The position numbers were made by a program, and so were the translations under genes. The notes beneath the pieces were generated by a model, which ran no database searches, was not told the origin of the DNA, and saw only the letters and a list, made by a program, of their open reading frames with translations. 64,000 nt of DNA from Klebsiella phage vB_KM5a1-KLB31. The stretch is taken from sequence record PP582757.1; one strand, given 5' to 3'. Shown here one piece after another: positions 25,786 to 35,158 of this stretch. Within the stretch, counting starts at the first letter, position 1; every line of letters starts with the position of its first letter.

Positions 25786-26963
25786 TCTGGGTACCTCATA
25801 GCATCATCACTATTATCTGTAATCGACACAATCTGAATAGAATTCAGAGGCATATCATTCTTAGACAATTGACGCTTATAGTAACGCTCACAATAGGTGC
25901 AAGTAGAACCACAGACTTCATTAGCACAATCAAAGTCAGGATGTTTGAACCAGCGTTTCATTAAGAAGCCGTCAAGCAATGAAGTTTCGATGTTTACTGT
26001 ATGACTGTAGTTCGCATCGGACTCGTTGTTATAGATGGTTTCTAGTGGCTTCCAGAGCTCAAGGAGATTGCCTTCAAATTTCTCAGAGGAATATGCCTCT
26101 AAAACTTTCATGATGTACTCTGTTGACCCTGTACGTCCTGACACTTTAAATTGAGTGATACCGATGTCACGATATAACTTCAGGTCCTGTGGACGAACGA
26201 AACGTGTACGCAGCCAGTTGAATGGGTCGGTGTCACGAGCTTTGATGCAGTGTTGCATCGGGTAACCATCCAATGATTGTGCATCTTCTGGTGTAGAGTC
26301 GGTACTGTGGAAAATATAGCAAGAATCACGATAACTGCAATGAGTGGTATAACCTTTACCAGCATTAGAGCAGAATTCATTGACCAAAATTTCAAAGATG
26401 ATTCCATTGTCATTACAGAATTTAGCGGCTTGTTTTAAGAATGACACACTACGGTTTTTATGAATACCACAGCATACTTTCTTGATATTATACTGGTCAT
26501 GAAGATACTTAATCTGAGTTACGGCGTCTACGTGCAGGATAGTCGAGATTTCGAATTCGATTTCAGTATTAACTTCACGAACAATTTGCATTACGATTGG
26601 GTTAGCAACAGTAATACGATATACGCCAATTGACCAGAGATATTGGACATATTCTTGGATAGCTTTCTTTTTCCATGAATCAAGTTCACGTTTGGTACCA
26701 GGATTAATACTGTTGAATGTATAGTTGAAGCAAATACCCAGTTCATTACAACGAGCTACATATTTTTCGAGCTCTTCATCTTTTACGTCAGGCAGACGGA
26801 AGTCTGGACGAGCGGCAACAAAGGCCATGGCTCGTGTAGAACCATAGACTTCGTTGATAAGTGAATCAGGGTTTTTAGCATTCAGCTCGACAATTTTATC
26901 CAGCAGGGCTAGGTCAAAGTTTGTACCAATTTTGAAAGTTTGTTTATGGTTTTGCATTTTCAT
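25782..26963 (-). CDS. peptidase U32 family-like protein (candidate prephenate-dependent hydroxylase, RlhA/TrhP/UbiU-like); Cys-rich
   Basis: 393 aa. N-terminal EVYGSTRAM and GVYRITVANPIVMQIV resemble U32 TIM-barrel blocks; EFCSNAGKGYTTHCSY resembles the U32 signature; C-terminal CANEVCGSTCTYC cluster. Tentative, by eye only. Confidence 0.4.
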   Translation of the reverse strand: MKMQNHKQTFKIGTNFDLALLDKIVELNAKNPDSLINEVYGSTRAMAFVAARPDFRLPDVKDEELEKYVARCNELGICFNYTFNSINPGTKRELDSWKKKAIQEYVQYLWSIGVYRITVANPIVMQIVREVNTEIEFEISTILHVDAVTQIKYLHDQYNIKKVCCGIHKNRSVSFLKQAAKFCNDNGIIFEILVNEFCSNAGKGYTTHCSYRDSCYIFHSTDSTPEDAQSLDGYPMQHCIKARDTDPFNWLRTRFVRPQDLKLYRDIGITQFKVSGRTGSTEYIMKVLEAYSSEKFEGNLLELWKPLETIYNNESDANYSHTVNIETSLLDGFLMKRWFKHPDFDCANEVCGSTCTYCERYYKRQLSKNDMPLNSIQIVSITDNSDDAMRYPE

Positions 26964-27005
26964 CTCTTTTAAGCAGGAAAAGGATGCGATGTTTGCAGGC
27001 TTTTA

Positions 27006-27392
27006 TTATAGATTTGGTTTGTACGATTTAAATGTTTCGAATTCGCCTTTATTCATAAGGCTTTTGAATTCATCAGGACGCATAGCTTTGTCGTCGATAA
27101 TCCAATCATACACTGGTTTATGTGTCAGCAATTCATGGAACTTCAATCCGATATTAGCCAGGTTCTGAAGCAGGCCTGGAAGAATATCAACAGCAATACG
27201 CCCTGGTCCTACAGATTTCATACCACGTGCCGTATAAAGTGTTATGTGGTGCCCTTGGTCATACAAAGCATTAATGGCGGACACCATTTCGATGTCCGGC
27301 TTAAAGTTCGCATAATCACGGTCATGGTTCCATTCAGTGATGCAGTCATCTACATCAAAGCACAGTCTGAGCATGTTTTCTACGCGATGCAT
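27006..27392 (-). CDS. HAD-superfamily phosphatase-like protein (KdsC/GmhB-like sugar-phosphate phosphatase)
   Basis: Motif I FDVDDCIT, motif II LYTAR, motif IV WIIDDKA; about 128 aa. Confidence 0.5.
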   Translation of the reverse strand: MHRVENMLRLCFDVDDCITEWNHDRDYANFKPDIEMVSAINALYDQGHHITLYTARGMKSVGPGRIAVDILPGLLQNLANIGLKFHELLTHKPVYDWIIDDKAMRPDEFKSLMNKGEFETFKSYKPNL

Positions 27393-29071
27393 TATCTGAT
27401 TCGTTCCCATTGGTGAGTGATATCGCCACCGACTGGCTTATAGACTTCGCCAGTTTCTTTATCGATGAGTTCCCACTTATCAGAGTTCTTCGTAATAAGT
27501 GTTGCCGTAATAGCTTGAGGCAGGTCTTTAGCAACCGTACCATCTTTCAACATACGTCCCATTTTACGCAATTGTTTTGTCAGCAAATACATACCGTAGT
27601 AATAAGCTGAAACTGCTTTCAACGGGTTGTTCTTGAAATAACCACCGAGTGCAATCCAAATAATTGCTACAGCCAGATGATGGTGTTCATTGAACGTATC
27701 CATCTTCTCATATTTGTAGACCAGCGGTTCGATATTAACCATTGCTTGTTCGCCTTCAATGGTTAAACCACCCCATAATGAATCGGCATTAAAATCATCA
27801 TAGCCACTTACAGCATAAAGTACTTTAGCTTCATCATAAAGACGAGGACCATATACTTTTGTGTTGCCGAAATAACCACGTGGGTCAATGAATTTAATAT
27901 CAGCATCACATTCAGTAATCATAGTGTTGCTGAAGTTTGGGTCCCCGTGAATAACGTGATACGGCCGAGAATATTGATAGTTAATAAGATGATTTAATGC
28001 CTGCTTCAGCATAGGCTTCAGACGACCAATCTTAACACCATTCACATGAGTAATCTTACCAAATGAATCAATCACTGGTTGAATACTTGCACAACGATCA
28101 AGAACTTTATCATGAAATTCTTTCTTAAAGTCTTCTTCCATTTCAGGATGGATTTGATAGAAGCTCTTATCATTAAATCGTAAGGCATCAAGAACTTTAT
28201 CAATCATGCTGATACGAGCATTTGATTTCAAAGTTTTAATATGTTCAAACATTGATGGGCCTTTGATACGTTCCATCGTGAAACTTGTACCATCACGAGA
28301 ATAAATCTTAGGCACTGAATCAGATTGAACTGCATCATACCAAGCAAGTTCATCTTTCTGAAGGTCTTTACCTTGTTCGGTCAGAGCAAACTTCTCAACA
28401 TAATCAGTGTTGATTTCTACTGCATTGAAACTACGATTCAGTTCACGAACTTCATGGGCTTTTGCCAATTTAGGCTTATCACCCAAGTCAATGAGATTCA
28501 TCAATTCGGATTGAACGAAGCTTTCGCCATACAGGAAATCTACAAAGTCTTGTCCAGCGCACCATTCATTCATTTCTTCTGGTGTATCACCCATATAAAA
28601 TTCCCAGTCAGCTAACTGGTAAATGCCTACAACGTTACCACCTGTCGCACCGACATTGCTGATATGAGTACCATCAAAGTTATAACGGCATTCATCACCT
28701 TTCGTATAAATGGTGTTTCGTCCCCATGACCATGAACCAAAGTCAGGAATAATGTCACACCAGTTTACGACTACGTTATGGCCATGCAGCATTTTATCCA
28801 TTGTTGCCATTGCATAAGCCGAACCAAATGCTTCATCTACGACATGAATCGTAATGTCCAGACCTTCTTGGGCTGCATATGCTTTAACTGTTTCAACGAA
28901 ACGAGATGCAACAACGACAATAATTTCTTCAGCACCAAGGTCTGAATAAATCATGTACAGATTTTTTAGAATGGTGTCTTGCTTATAGTTTACAAGCACT
29001 TTCGGGATATGATGAGTGATTGGGTATAAACGAGTTGCCAATCCAGCTCCGAGAATAACAGCCTTTTTCAT
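27392..29071 (-). CDS. bifunctional sugar-1-phosphate nucleotidyltransferase (N-term) / APH-ChoK-like sugar kinase (C-term)
   Basis: N-term ILGAGLATRLYPIT...PKVLV (NTP-transferase G-x-G-x-R motif). C-term HVIHGDPNFSNTMI...KFIDPRGYFG (Brenner HGDxxxxN plus D-x-G). Start chosen at MKKAVILG with GAGGA SD. Confidence 0.6.
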   Translation of the reverse strand: MKKAVILGAGLATRLYPITHHIPKVLVNYKQDTILKNLYMIYSDLGAEEIIVVVASRFVETVKAYAAQEGLDITIHVVDEAFGSAYAMATMDKMLHGHNVVVNWCDIIPDFGSWSWGRNTIYTKGDECRYNFDGTHISNVGATGGNVVGIYQLADWEFYMGDTPEEMNEWCAGQDFVDFLYGESFVQSELMNLIDLGDKPKLAKAHEVRELNRSFNAVEINTDYVEKFALTEQGKDLQKDELAWYDAVQSDSVPKIYSRDGTSFTMERIKGPSMFEHIKTLKSNARISMIDKVLDALRFNDKSFYQIHPEMEEDFKKEFHDKVLDRCASIQPVIDSFGKITHVNGVKIGRLKPMLKQALNHLINYQYSRPYHVIHGDPNFSNTMITECDADIKFIDPRGYFGNTKVYGPRLYDEAKVLYAVSGYDDFNADSLWGGLTIEGEQAMVNIEPLVYKYEKMDTFNEHHHLAVAIIWIALGGYFKNNPLKAVSAYYYGMYLLTKQLRKMGRMLKDGTVAKDLPQAITATLITKNSDKWELIDKETGEVYKPVGGDITHQWERIR

Positions 29072-29112
29072 TGTGTGTTCCTCATTAAATGGTACGTCCA
29101 TTGTACCATCAG

Positions 29113-29256
29113 TTAATTGAAGCAATTGTACTTGGCCTGGAGCCACATCATAACCCAAGCTACAATAAGAGTTGGAATCATTACTGGGGCGTTAATAGCC
29201 CAGTAAATAGTCATTCCAAAGAAAACAAGCAATAAAATACCTGCAGTGTACTTCAT
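29113..29256 (-). CDS. small hydrophobic peptide (47 aa)
   Basis: MKYTAGILLLVFFGMTIYWAINAPVMIPTLIVAWVMMWLQAKYNCFN; ATGA-coupled to the SIS isomerase gene. Confidence 0.3.
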   Translation of the reverse strand: MKYTAGILLLVFFGMTIYWAINAPVMIPTLIVAWVMMWLQAKYNCFN

Positions 29257-29882
29257 TTGTCACCACGGAGTTGAGCACCAAGTGCACCACCAGGATGGAA
29301 GCGTAGGAAGTCTTCAGGCGTAAAATTACGTGCGGCTGAAAGGTTAATTGCGAATGTATCAATCAGAGCCAAGAGCAATGTCGTAGACATCGTAGGCGCT
29401 AATTTGTTATCGTCAATCTCGATAGCCTTGCCTGTACAGAAGGTATAGTCAAACATCTTCAGAATATCTTTAGACAGGTCTGGATTGCAATGAAGAAGAA
29501 TCTGATTCACACCAGGACGAATGCCACGCAGGTGCGCAACGACGCCTAACATTTCTTCGGTCTTGCCTGAACGAGAGATATGAACCAGAACATCGTCAGG
29601 TCCAATGAAGCCTGCATCACCATGGGAATAATGTCCGGTGTTCAGATACATACTTGGAATACCAAGCGAGGCCATTGTTTCTGAAGCCTTAGTGGCGATA
29701 TTAGCGTTTTTACCTACGCCGGTGATAATTACACGACCTTCGTAGTTAGATAAACCAGGGATGCCTAGAACGCTCAGGATTTGAAGATAGTTTTTCTCAT
29801 CATTCTGAACAACAGAAGTCAAGATGTCAAGAGCCTGAGCCTGAAGAACTAGAGCATGTTTAGCACGATCAATTGGATTCAT
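29253..29882 (-). CDS. SIS-domain sugar-phosphate isomerase (KdsD/GutQ arabinose-5-phosphate isomerase-like, no CBS domains)
   Basis: 209 aa; ITGVGKNANIATKASETMASLGIPS and HGDAG match the SIS core of API enzymes. Confidence 0.6.
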   Translation of the reverse strand: MNPIDRAKHALVLQAQALDILTSVVQNDEKNYLQILSVLGIPGLSNYEGRVIITGVGKNANIATKASETMASLGIPSMYLNTGHYSHGDAGFIGPDDVLVHISRSGKTEEMLGVVAHLRGIRPGVNQILLHCNPDLSKDILKMFDYTFCTGKAIEIDDNKLAPTMSTTLLLALIDTFAINLSAARNFTPEDFLRFHPGGALGAQLRGDK

Positions 29883-30378
29883 TTTTTAAACCATATTCAA
29901 CACATTCATTAACGATACGACCTGAAGAATCACGAACCTTCACAAATTCGGTCGCTGCGGCACGAGCTTTCTTTGAATTAAACCCGTGTTCTAGAATAGC
30001 CTTTTCATATCGGTCCTGATATCCGGCTAAATGGATATCCATACCACGTTGGCACTTATTATACACTGCCATACGTTTGTAAGCATCTTTTTCACGCTTA
30101 ACAATTCGTTCCCATTCAGGATTACCGGCAGCTTCTTGGGCAGCACGTTCACGGTCCATTTTTAAAGCAAGTTCGGCCTGGTTAGCACAGTTCTTTCCAC
30201 ACTGGTTGTTCTGGCGTGTGTAAACGATGCCGGTCCCATTATGCCACTGCAATTTGCCTTGAGTAATTTTGGCATCAGCGGTCTCACGAACTTGTCCAAC
30301 TTCATGATCGTAGACGGTTGGTCCTTGTAAGGCGCATCCGGATAAAAATAGTACTGCAAGTAAAGCTATTCGTTTCAT
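29869..30378 (-). CDS. putative lipoprotein
   Basis: 169 aa; signal plus lipobox LLAVLFLSGC; at the T4 imm position. Confidence 0.5.
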   Translation of the reverse strand: MKRIALLAVLFLSGCALQGPTVYDHEVGQVRETADAKITQGKLQWHNGTGIVYTRQNNQCGKNCANQAELALKMDRERAAQEAAGNPEWERIVKREKDAYKRMAVYNKCQRGMDIHLAGYQDRYEKAILEHGFNSKKARAAATEFVKVRDSSGRIVNECVEYGLKNESN

Positions 30379-30429
30379 TTTATTTTCCTCAATGTTTCAA
30401 GTAAACTACCACATCCTTGTGGCAGCAAA

Positions 30430-33132
30430 TTAGAAGTCGAACATATCGAACAGACTTGCCTTCTTCTCATAATCAATCTTGGCTGCATCTGTAAAACCGG
30501 TCAGAGGTTTAACAAATGACTTCTGGAACAGAACGTTGTAGTCCATCCAAGCCAGAACCTGATCTTTGATTTGAGGTGGCAGTTCGATACCACTCGGCCA
30601 AGACATAACACGATCACCAAATGGGTTACCTTCACGAAGTGGCAGAACATAAACTTTCTCACCATCAACGATTTGTGGGACTGTAAGGTCACCTTTGGTT
30701 GCACGCATGTACGTCAATGCACCGCGAATATGAGCTGGGCACTTAGGACCTGGGAATCCATTATCGTTGTACTTCATGATGTTGTTCGCAGAACTTACAC
30801 CAGCGATGCTGATATAATTCAATTCGTTGAATTCTTTGTTGAACTCTTTGAAATAAGACTGCAGACTTTCTTCACCTTCTTGAAGCATACGACGAATACA
30901 TTCTTTCAATGCTTTCTGTACGGCTTTAGGAGTAGATGATTTCTGAGTTTCAAGACCCATAATCTTCAACTTAGGTTCAACGAAACGAGTACCTTCCATG
31001 TCCCATACGTTCAGGGCGTATCGTTTCTTACCAGTCCAGAACCCACCAATACCTTTAGAACCTAGTGGTGGTCCAGCGATAGCTTCTCGGTCCATGAACA
31101 TCAGGTGTTCTTTGTTGTTCATGTATTCACACATTTCACGGAAGCCTGCATCAATAGCCGGTTCCATACGTTCACGTGCAAACTTATCTAAGAAGTCGAC
31201 ATAATGGTTTGTATCACGGAACTTGTCCATGCCTACTTTTTCCAGAATCTTATCAGCCTTCACATAAATCGAGTCTGTATCACCGTACAGCACGAATGCT
31301 TCATTTTCAGTACCAAGAGTTTTGTTCAGATATTCGTTAACCTTACGTTCAATCCACTGCAATGCCATCTGACCAAAGGTTGTGATAGCCGTAGCATTTC
31401 GAAGATCATAATAACGGAACCATACGTTACCAAGTGCACCATAAAGTGAGTTGATAAGCAACTTACGGTTAATCTGAGCCGTGTTACCTGCAACTTCACA
31501 ACGTTCTGCCTTGAAAAGCATTGCTTCTAATGCCTTCTGAGATAGTTCATGAAGTTTTGATTTCACTTCATCATCAAAGTCAAAACGATAATCAACTTCG
31601 AACTCAGGATTCTCACCTTTAGTTGTTTTCTTGGCTTCTTTAATTACTTCTTGGTTACGTTGTGCAGCCAGCATATAGTTTTTATGTTCTTTACGTTGTT
31701 TGAACACTTTAGTGATTTCAACTGGAACTACACCAGCGAAACTCTTATCATACATCATACCATTCGGAGAACAACTGAATTCATCTGACGGACGTGGAGC
31801 TGTCCCAGCAATATATTCATGCAATGGATGAAGTTTGAACTGACCGCGTAATGTTTCTGGACTGATATTAACCTGACGAATGATACTTGGGTACAGAGAT
31901 GTCAAGTCAAAGCTCATTACATATTTGTAGCTGTTCGGAATCGGTTCTTTAACAAATGCACCAGGATAAGGCAGAACTGGGTGTGACTGCATTTGTGGAA
32001 TAACTTTCTTCTGGTCTTTCAACGAATTGAAGATAATAGCGTCCCAAGTCTTAATTGGACTGAACACTGATTGAATCTGCATCTTCGCATAATAACCCAT
32101 CGACAAACTCAGGTTAATGAACTGGCGTTTCATGTCGATTTGAATAACACGATACACATCGATAATGTTATAAGAAATATAACGTTGATGGTTCGTTTCA
32201 CGTAATTTGGAAATAGGACCATCATAAGGCAGTTTGCCGACCTTCAATTCGTATTCAGACACATAGTCCAAAGAATAAGATGGCTGGTTGGTGAAACTGA
32301 ATTTCTTATAAAGGTCGATATAATCCAGCATACTGATACCGTACAACTGAATAATCTGACGAGTACCATACATGTTCTCAACTTCTTTAATACGAACACG
32401 ACGGTGTGGTGACAGACGTTTAGCAGTACTTTCACTGAACAGGTTCTTCAAACGGTTATACACGTACGGCACGTCAAATGCCTCAACGTTCCAACCAGTC
32501 AGAACTACTGGGGTCTTTTCTTCCCACAGGTTCAAATATTCAAGCAGAAGTTCTTTTTCATCATCGAACGGCATATAAACGATTTTTTCTGCAATTTCTT
32601 CAGGCAGTGCATCACCACCTTGTTCTTCAATCTTACGAGCAAGTTCTAGTGACCAACGTCTCACATTACCATATGGAGAACCAAGAAGGTCAAACACATA
32701 GAAACGATCGTCGATAGAATCATAATGTGTGATTGCGTCAATCGGATGTTTAGCTTCAGCAGGTTCAGGGAATCCATCAGGAGATGTTACCTCGATGTCA
32801 AAGTTAGCCACACGAATTTTAGTTTGGTCATAATGAATTTCACCACGATAAGTGTCACTGATATAGGACAATTTGTAGTCGTCCATACCAAGAGCTTCAA
32901 GACCCATATCGTCCATACGTTTCATCCAATCTTTGGCTTCACGCATGGTTTCAAATGGTTTCTTCTTACAATACTTTCCGTAGATATCTTTATATTCAGT
33001 TTCTTCGTTAGTGTGCATGAACATGCATGGCGCATAAATCACTTCACGAGTTTGTTCCCGACCATTCTTATCAATGAATCGTTCAAAGATTTTATCACCG
33101 GCTTGTTCGACTGTCAAATAAAATTCTTGCAT
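30430..33132 (-). CDS. 43: DNA polymerase (family B), gene 43
   Basis: 900 aa; exo motifs FDIEV and YNIIDV; pol motifs SLYPSII, YGDTDS, KKRYA; near-collinear with recalled T4 gp43. Confidence 0.9.
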   Translation of the reverse strand: MQEFYLTVEQAGDKIFERFIDKNGREQTREVIYAPCMFMHTNEETEYKDIYGKYCKKKPFETMREAKDWMKRMDDMGLEALGMDDYKLSYISDTYRGEIHYDQTKIRVANFDIEVTSPDGFPEPAEAKHPIDAITHYDSIDDRFYVFDLLGSPYGNVRRWSLELARKIEEQGGDALPEEIAEKIVYMPFDDEKELLLEYLNLWEEKTPVVLTGWNVEAFDVPYVYNRLKNLFSESTAKRLSPHRRVRIKEVENMYGTRQIIQLYGISMLDYIDLYKKFSFTNQPSYSLDYVSEYELKVGKLPYDGPISKLRETNHQRYISYNIIDVYRVIQIDMKRQFINLSLSMGYYAKMQIQSVFSPIKTWDAIIFNSLKDQKKVIPQMQSHPVLPYPGAFVKEPIPNSYKYVMSFDLTSLYPSIIRQVNISPETLRGQFKLHPLHEYIAGTAPRPSDEFSCSPNGMMYDKSFAGVVPVEITKVFKQRKEHKNYMLAAQRNQEVIKEAKKTTKGENPEFEVDYRFDFDDEVKSKLHELSQKALEAMLFKAERCEVAGNTAQINRKLLINSLYGALGNVWFRYYDLRNATAITTFGQMALQWIERKVNEYLNKTLGTENEAFVLYGDTDSIYVKADKILEKVGMDKFRDTNHYVDFLDKFARERMEPAIDAGFREMCEYMNNKEHLMFMDREAIAGPPLGSKGIGGFWTGKKRYALNVWDMEGTRFVEPKLKIMGLETQKSSTPKAVQKALKECIRRMLQEGEESLQSYFKEFNKEFNELNYISIAGVSSANNIMKYNDNGFPGPKCPAHIRGALTYMRATKGDLTVPQIVDGEKVYVLPLREGNPFGDRVMSWPSGIELPPQIKDQVLAWMDYNVLFQKSFVKPLTGFTDAAKIDYEKKASLFDMFDF

Positions 33133-33187
33133 GGTTTTCCCTTAGACGAGTAATTGTCTTTTGTTTGATGAACTTATTATACTCCAA

Positions 33188-33201
33188 ATGGGACCGAAGT
33201 C
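33188..33201 (-). terminator. UUCG-tetraloop hairpin (GGGAC-UUCG-GUCCC) between regA and gene 43
   Basis: Plus gggaccgaagtccc. Confidence 0.4.
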
Positions 33202-33208
33202 CCATTGC

Positions 33209-33577
33209 TTAATTTCCAATCGTGTATTTGGCTTTCAAAGTCCATTCGTGTTTCTGTTTGAAAGAAATAACACGGAAGTTGTTAGACAGTTCTTTCATGA
33301 ATGTACGTTGACCAGGAGCGATTTCAATCAGACCCCAGTCTTCAAGCAGCCATGTGATGCTATCACGACGAATTTCATCTTCTTCGTCAATAACAACTGG
33401 TCGTCCGTCCATCTTCAACATTTCTTTAAAGTGGACAACAAAATAACGACCTTGTTTTTGAAGGATATGGCAACTCTGATATAATACTTTATCTTTGTTG
33501 TTAGCAATACCCATACGTGTCAGGGTTTCTTTTACCTTCAGAAAGTCTTCAGGGTTTTTCAGGTTAATTTCAATCAT
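33209..33577 (-). CDS. regA: RegA translational repressor
   Basis: 122 aa, nearly identical over long stretches to recalled T4 RegA (KVKETLTRMGIANNKDKVLYQSCHILQK, WLLEDWGLIEI, NNFRVISFKQKHEW). Confidence 0.9.
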   Translation of the reverse strand: MIEINLKNPEDFLKVKETLTRMGIANNKDKVLYQSCHILQKQGRYFVVHFKEMLKMDGRPVVIDEEDEIRRDSITWLLEDWGLIEIAPGQRTFMKELSNNFRVISFKQKHEWTLKAKYTIGN

Positions 33578-33578
33578 A

Positions 33579-34151
33579 TTACCATTCCAATGCTTGCTTT
33601 TTAAATTGCTTTTGTTCTTTCACATTCTTAGTGATGGACTTCAGGAATTCGTCAGTCACTAACCCTTTCATCTTCTTCAATACTGCAGGAAGATTGCCTT
33701 TCAATTTGTAGGTTTCGAGATAACGGACAGCGTCATCGTTATTAATCGTATGGAACTTCATTAATAACCGGGTGATGAACACAACGTTCACATCATCGTC
33801 ATGGGCCTTAGCCCATTTACCGAATCTCTTACCTTTTGGAACTGCATGAAGCAAATAGTTGAAATGACTTTGGTCATCTAATTTCAAACAATTCACTAAA
33901 GCCGATTGCATAATACAATCGACATGTTGACTCAGACTATTATCAATCCAGAACTGATTATAGTTCTCAGATTGTGCCAGGTTACGTTGTTTCTTACCGA
34001 ATGTGATATCATTCAAGATTGCAAACAATTCGTTCTCTGCCTTCTCTTTAAACGAATCGGACAATTCTTGAACCTTATCAAAGTCGCGTTGTTTCCAGGC
34101 GACTTCATGTTCATTCAGTTCAACGTCATCATCAAAGAGACTTACAGCCAT
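33579..34151 (-). CDS. 62: clamp-loader small subunit, gene 62
   Basis: 190 aa, position between regA and 44 as in T4. Confidence 0.7.
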   Translation of the reverse strand: MAVSLFDDDVELNEHEVAWKQRDFDKVQELSDSFKEKAENELFAILNDITFGKKQRNLAQSENYNQFWIDNSLSQHVDCIMQSALVNCLKLDDQSHFNYLLHAVPKGKRFGKWAKAHDDDVNVVFITRLLMKFHTINNDDAVRYLETYKLKGNLPAVLKKMKGLVTDEFLKSITKNVKEQKQFKKQALEW

Positions 34152-35101
34152 TGGAGCTCCAGAGCAAGTTGAATGAACAGATATGTCATGTGAATTTCAG
34201 GGTTCGCAGCGATACCGTGATATTGGTTATTTTCACCGACAATTTCATACATTCTAACAATACTTGCAGATGGCAGTTTACCATACAGGTCATTGGCTAG
34301 AGCTTGAACAAAGTTTGCATAATCGTTCACATGACGTGGAGCCAGTGCACGAAGGTCTTTGAAGTTCTTATCTTTCAATGCTGCAACGACTTCATCAATT
34401 GGCGATGCCGTATTCATGATAACACTGAGAATACCGGTATCAATCTTGCCACTTGCCGCATAACGGTCTAGCTGATTAATGGTCTTACGGAAGTCTGGGA
34501 AATTCTGTTTAACCAGGGCTGCAATAACTTTCAGGTCTTCGACCACAACTTCTTCGTTCTTACAAATCGCTACAGCACGATGAATCATTTCTTTCATCAT
34601 ATTTGTTTGGTCTGTAGGAGTTGCTTCACCAAACTTAATAACACGACAACGTGACTGCAATGGAGTAATAATACCATCGATGTTGTTTGCCGTAATAATA
34701 ACAGAGCAGTTTGAAGAATATGCTTCTAAGAATGAACGAAGGTGGCGTTGAGCTTCAGCAACACCTGCACGGTCAAATTCATCAATAACGATTACTTTAC
34801 GACGACCTTCAATAGATTTTGAAGATGCAAAACGAGTGAGTTCATTACGAACAAAATCAATACGACAGTCTGAACCATTCACAAACATCATATCAGAATT
34901 TGTATCATGACACAATGCTTTGGCTACAGTTGTTTTGCCTGTACCTGGTGAAGCAGAAACGAGGATAATGTTTGGGATAAGACCCTTATCAACGATTGCT
35001 TGAAGAGTGGCTTTATCTTGAGCCGGAAGAATACATTCGGCCAGAGTAGTAGGACGGAATTTTTGTTCCCACATGAATTCATTATTATTAACGCTTAACA
35101 T
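34142..35101 (-). CDS. 44: clamp-loader ATPase subunit, gene 44
   Basis: Walker A SPGTGKTTVAKALCHD; DEFDR box; close to recalled T4 gp44. Start set at MLSVNNNEFMWEQKFRP. Confidence 0.85.
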   Translation of the reverse strand: MLSVNNNEFMWEQKFRPTTLAECILPAQDKATLQAIVDKGLIPNIILVSASPGTGKTTVAKALCHDTNSDMMFVNGSDCRIDFVRNELTRFASSKSIEGRRKVIVIDEFDRAGVAEAQRHLRSFLEAYSSNCSVIITANNIDGIITPLQSRCRVIKFGEATPTDQTNMMKEMIHRAVAICKNEEVVVEDLKVIAALVKQNFPDFRKTINQLDRYAASGKIDTGILSVIMNTASPIDEVVAALKDKNFKDLRALAPRHVNDYANFVQALANDLYGKLPSASIVRMYEIVGENNQYHGIAANPEIHMTYLFIQLALELQWL

Positions 35102-35136
35102 TACATTTTCCTCAGTTGGTTTCACTTAATACTCCA

Positions 35137-35152
35137 TGGGAGCCGAAGCTCC
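35137..35152 (-). terminator. UUCG-tetraloop hairpin (GGGAGC-UUCG-GCUCCC) between 45 and 44
   Basis: Plus gggagccgaagctccc. Confidence 0.4.
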
Positions 35153-35158
35153 CAATTA

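Noticed and set aside
29072-29158. N-terminal extension of the nucleotidyltransferase-kinase ORF
   Set aside because: Overlaps a small hydrophobic ORF and precedes the conserved MKKAVILGAG start, which has its own GAGGA SD.
30401-30406. GTAAAC 22 nt upstream of the lipoprotein ATG as an early promoter
   Set aside because: A -10 placed 17 nt downstream would put the transcript start at or after the ATG. Probably a chance hexamer.
30571-33153. Plus-strand ORFs inside gene 43
   Set aside because: Antisense shadows of the DNA polymerase gene.
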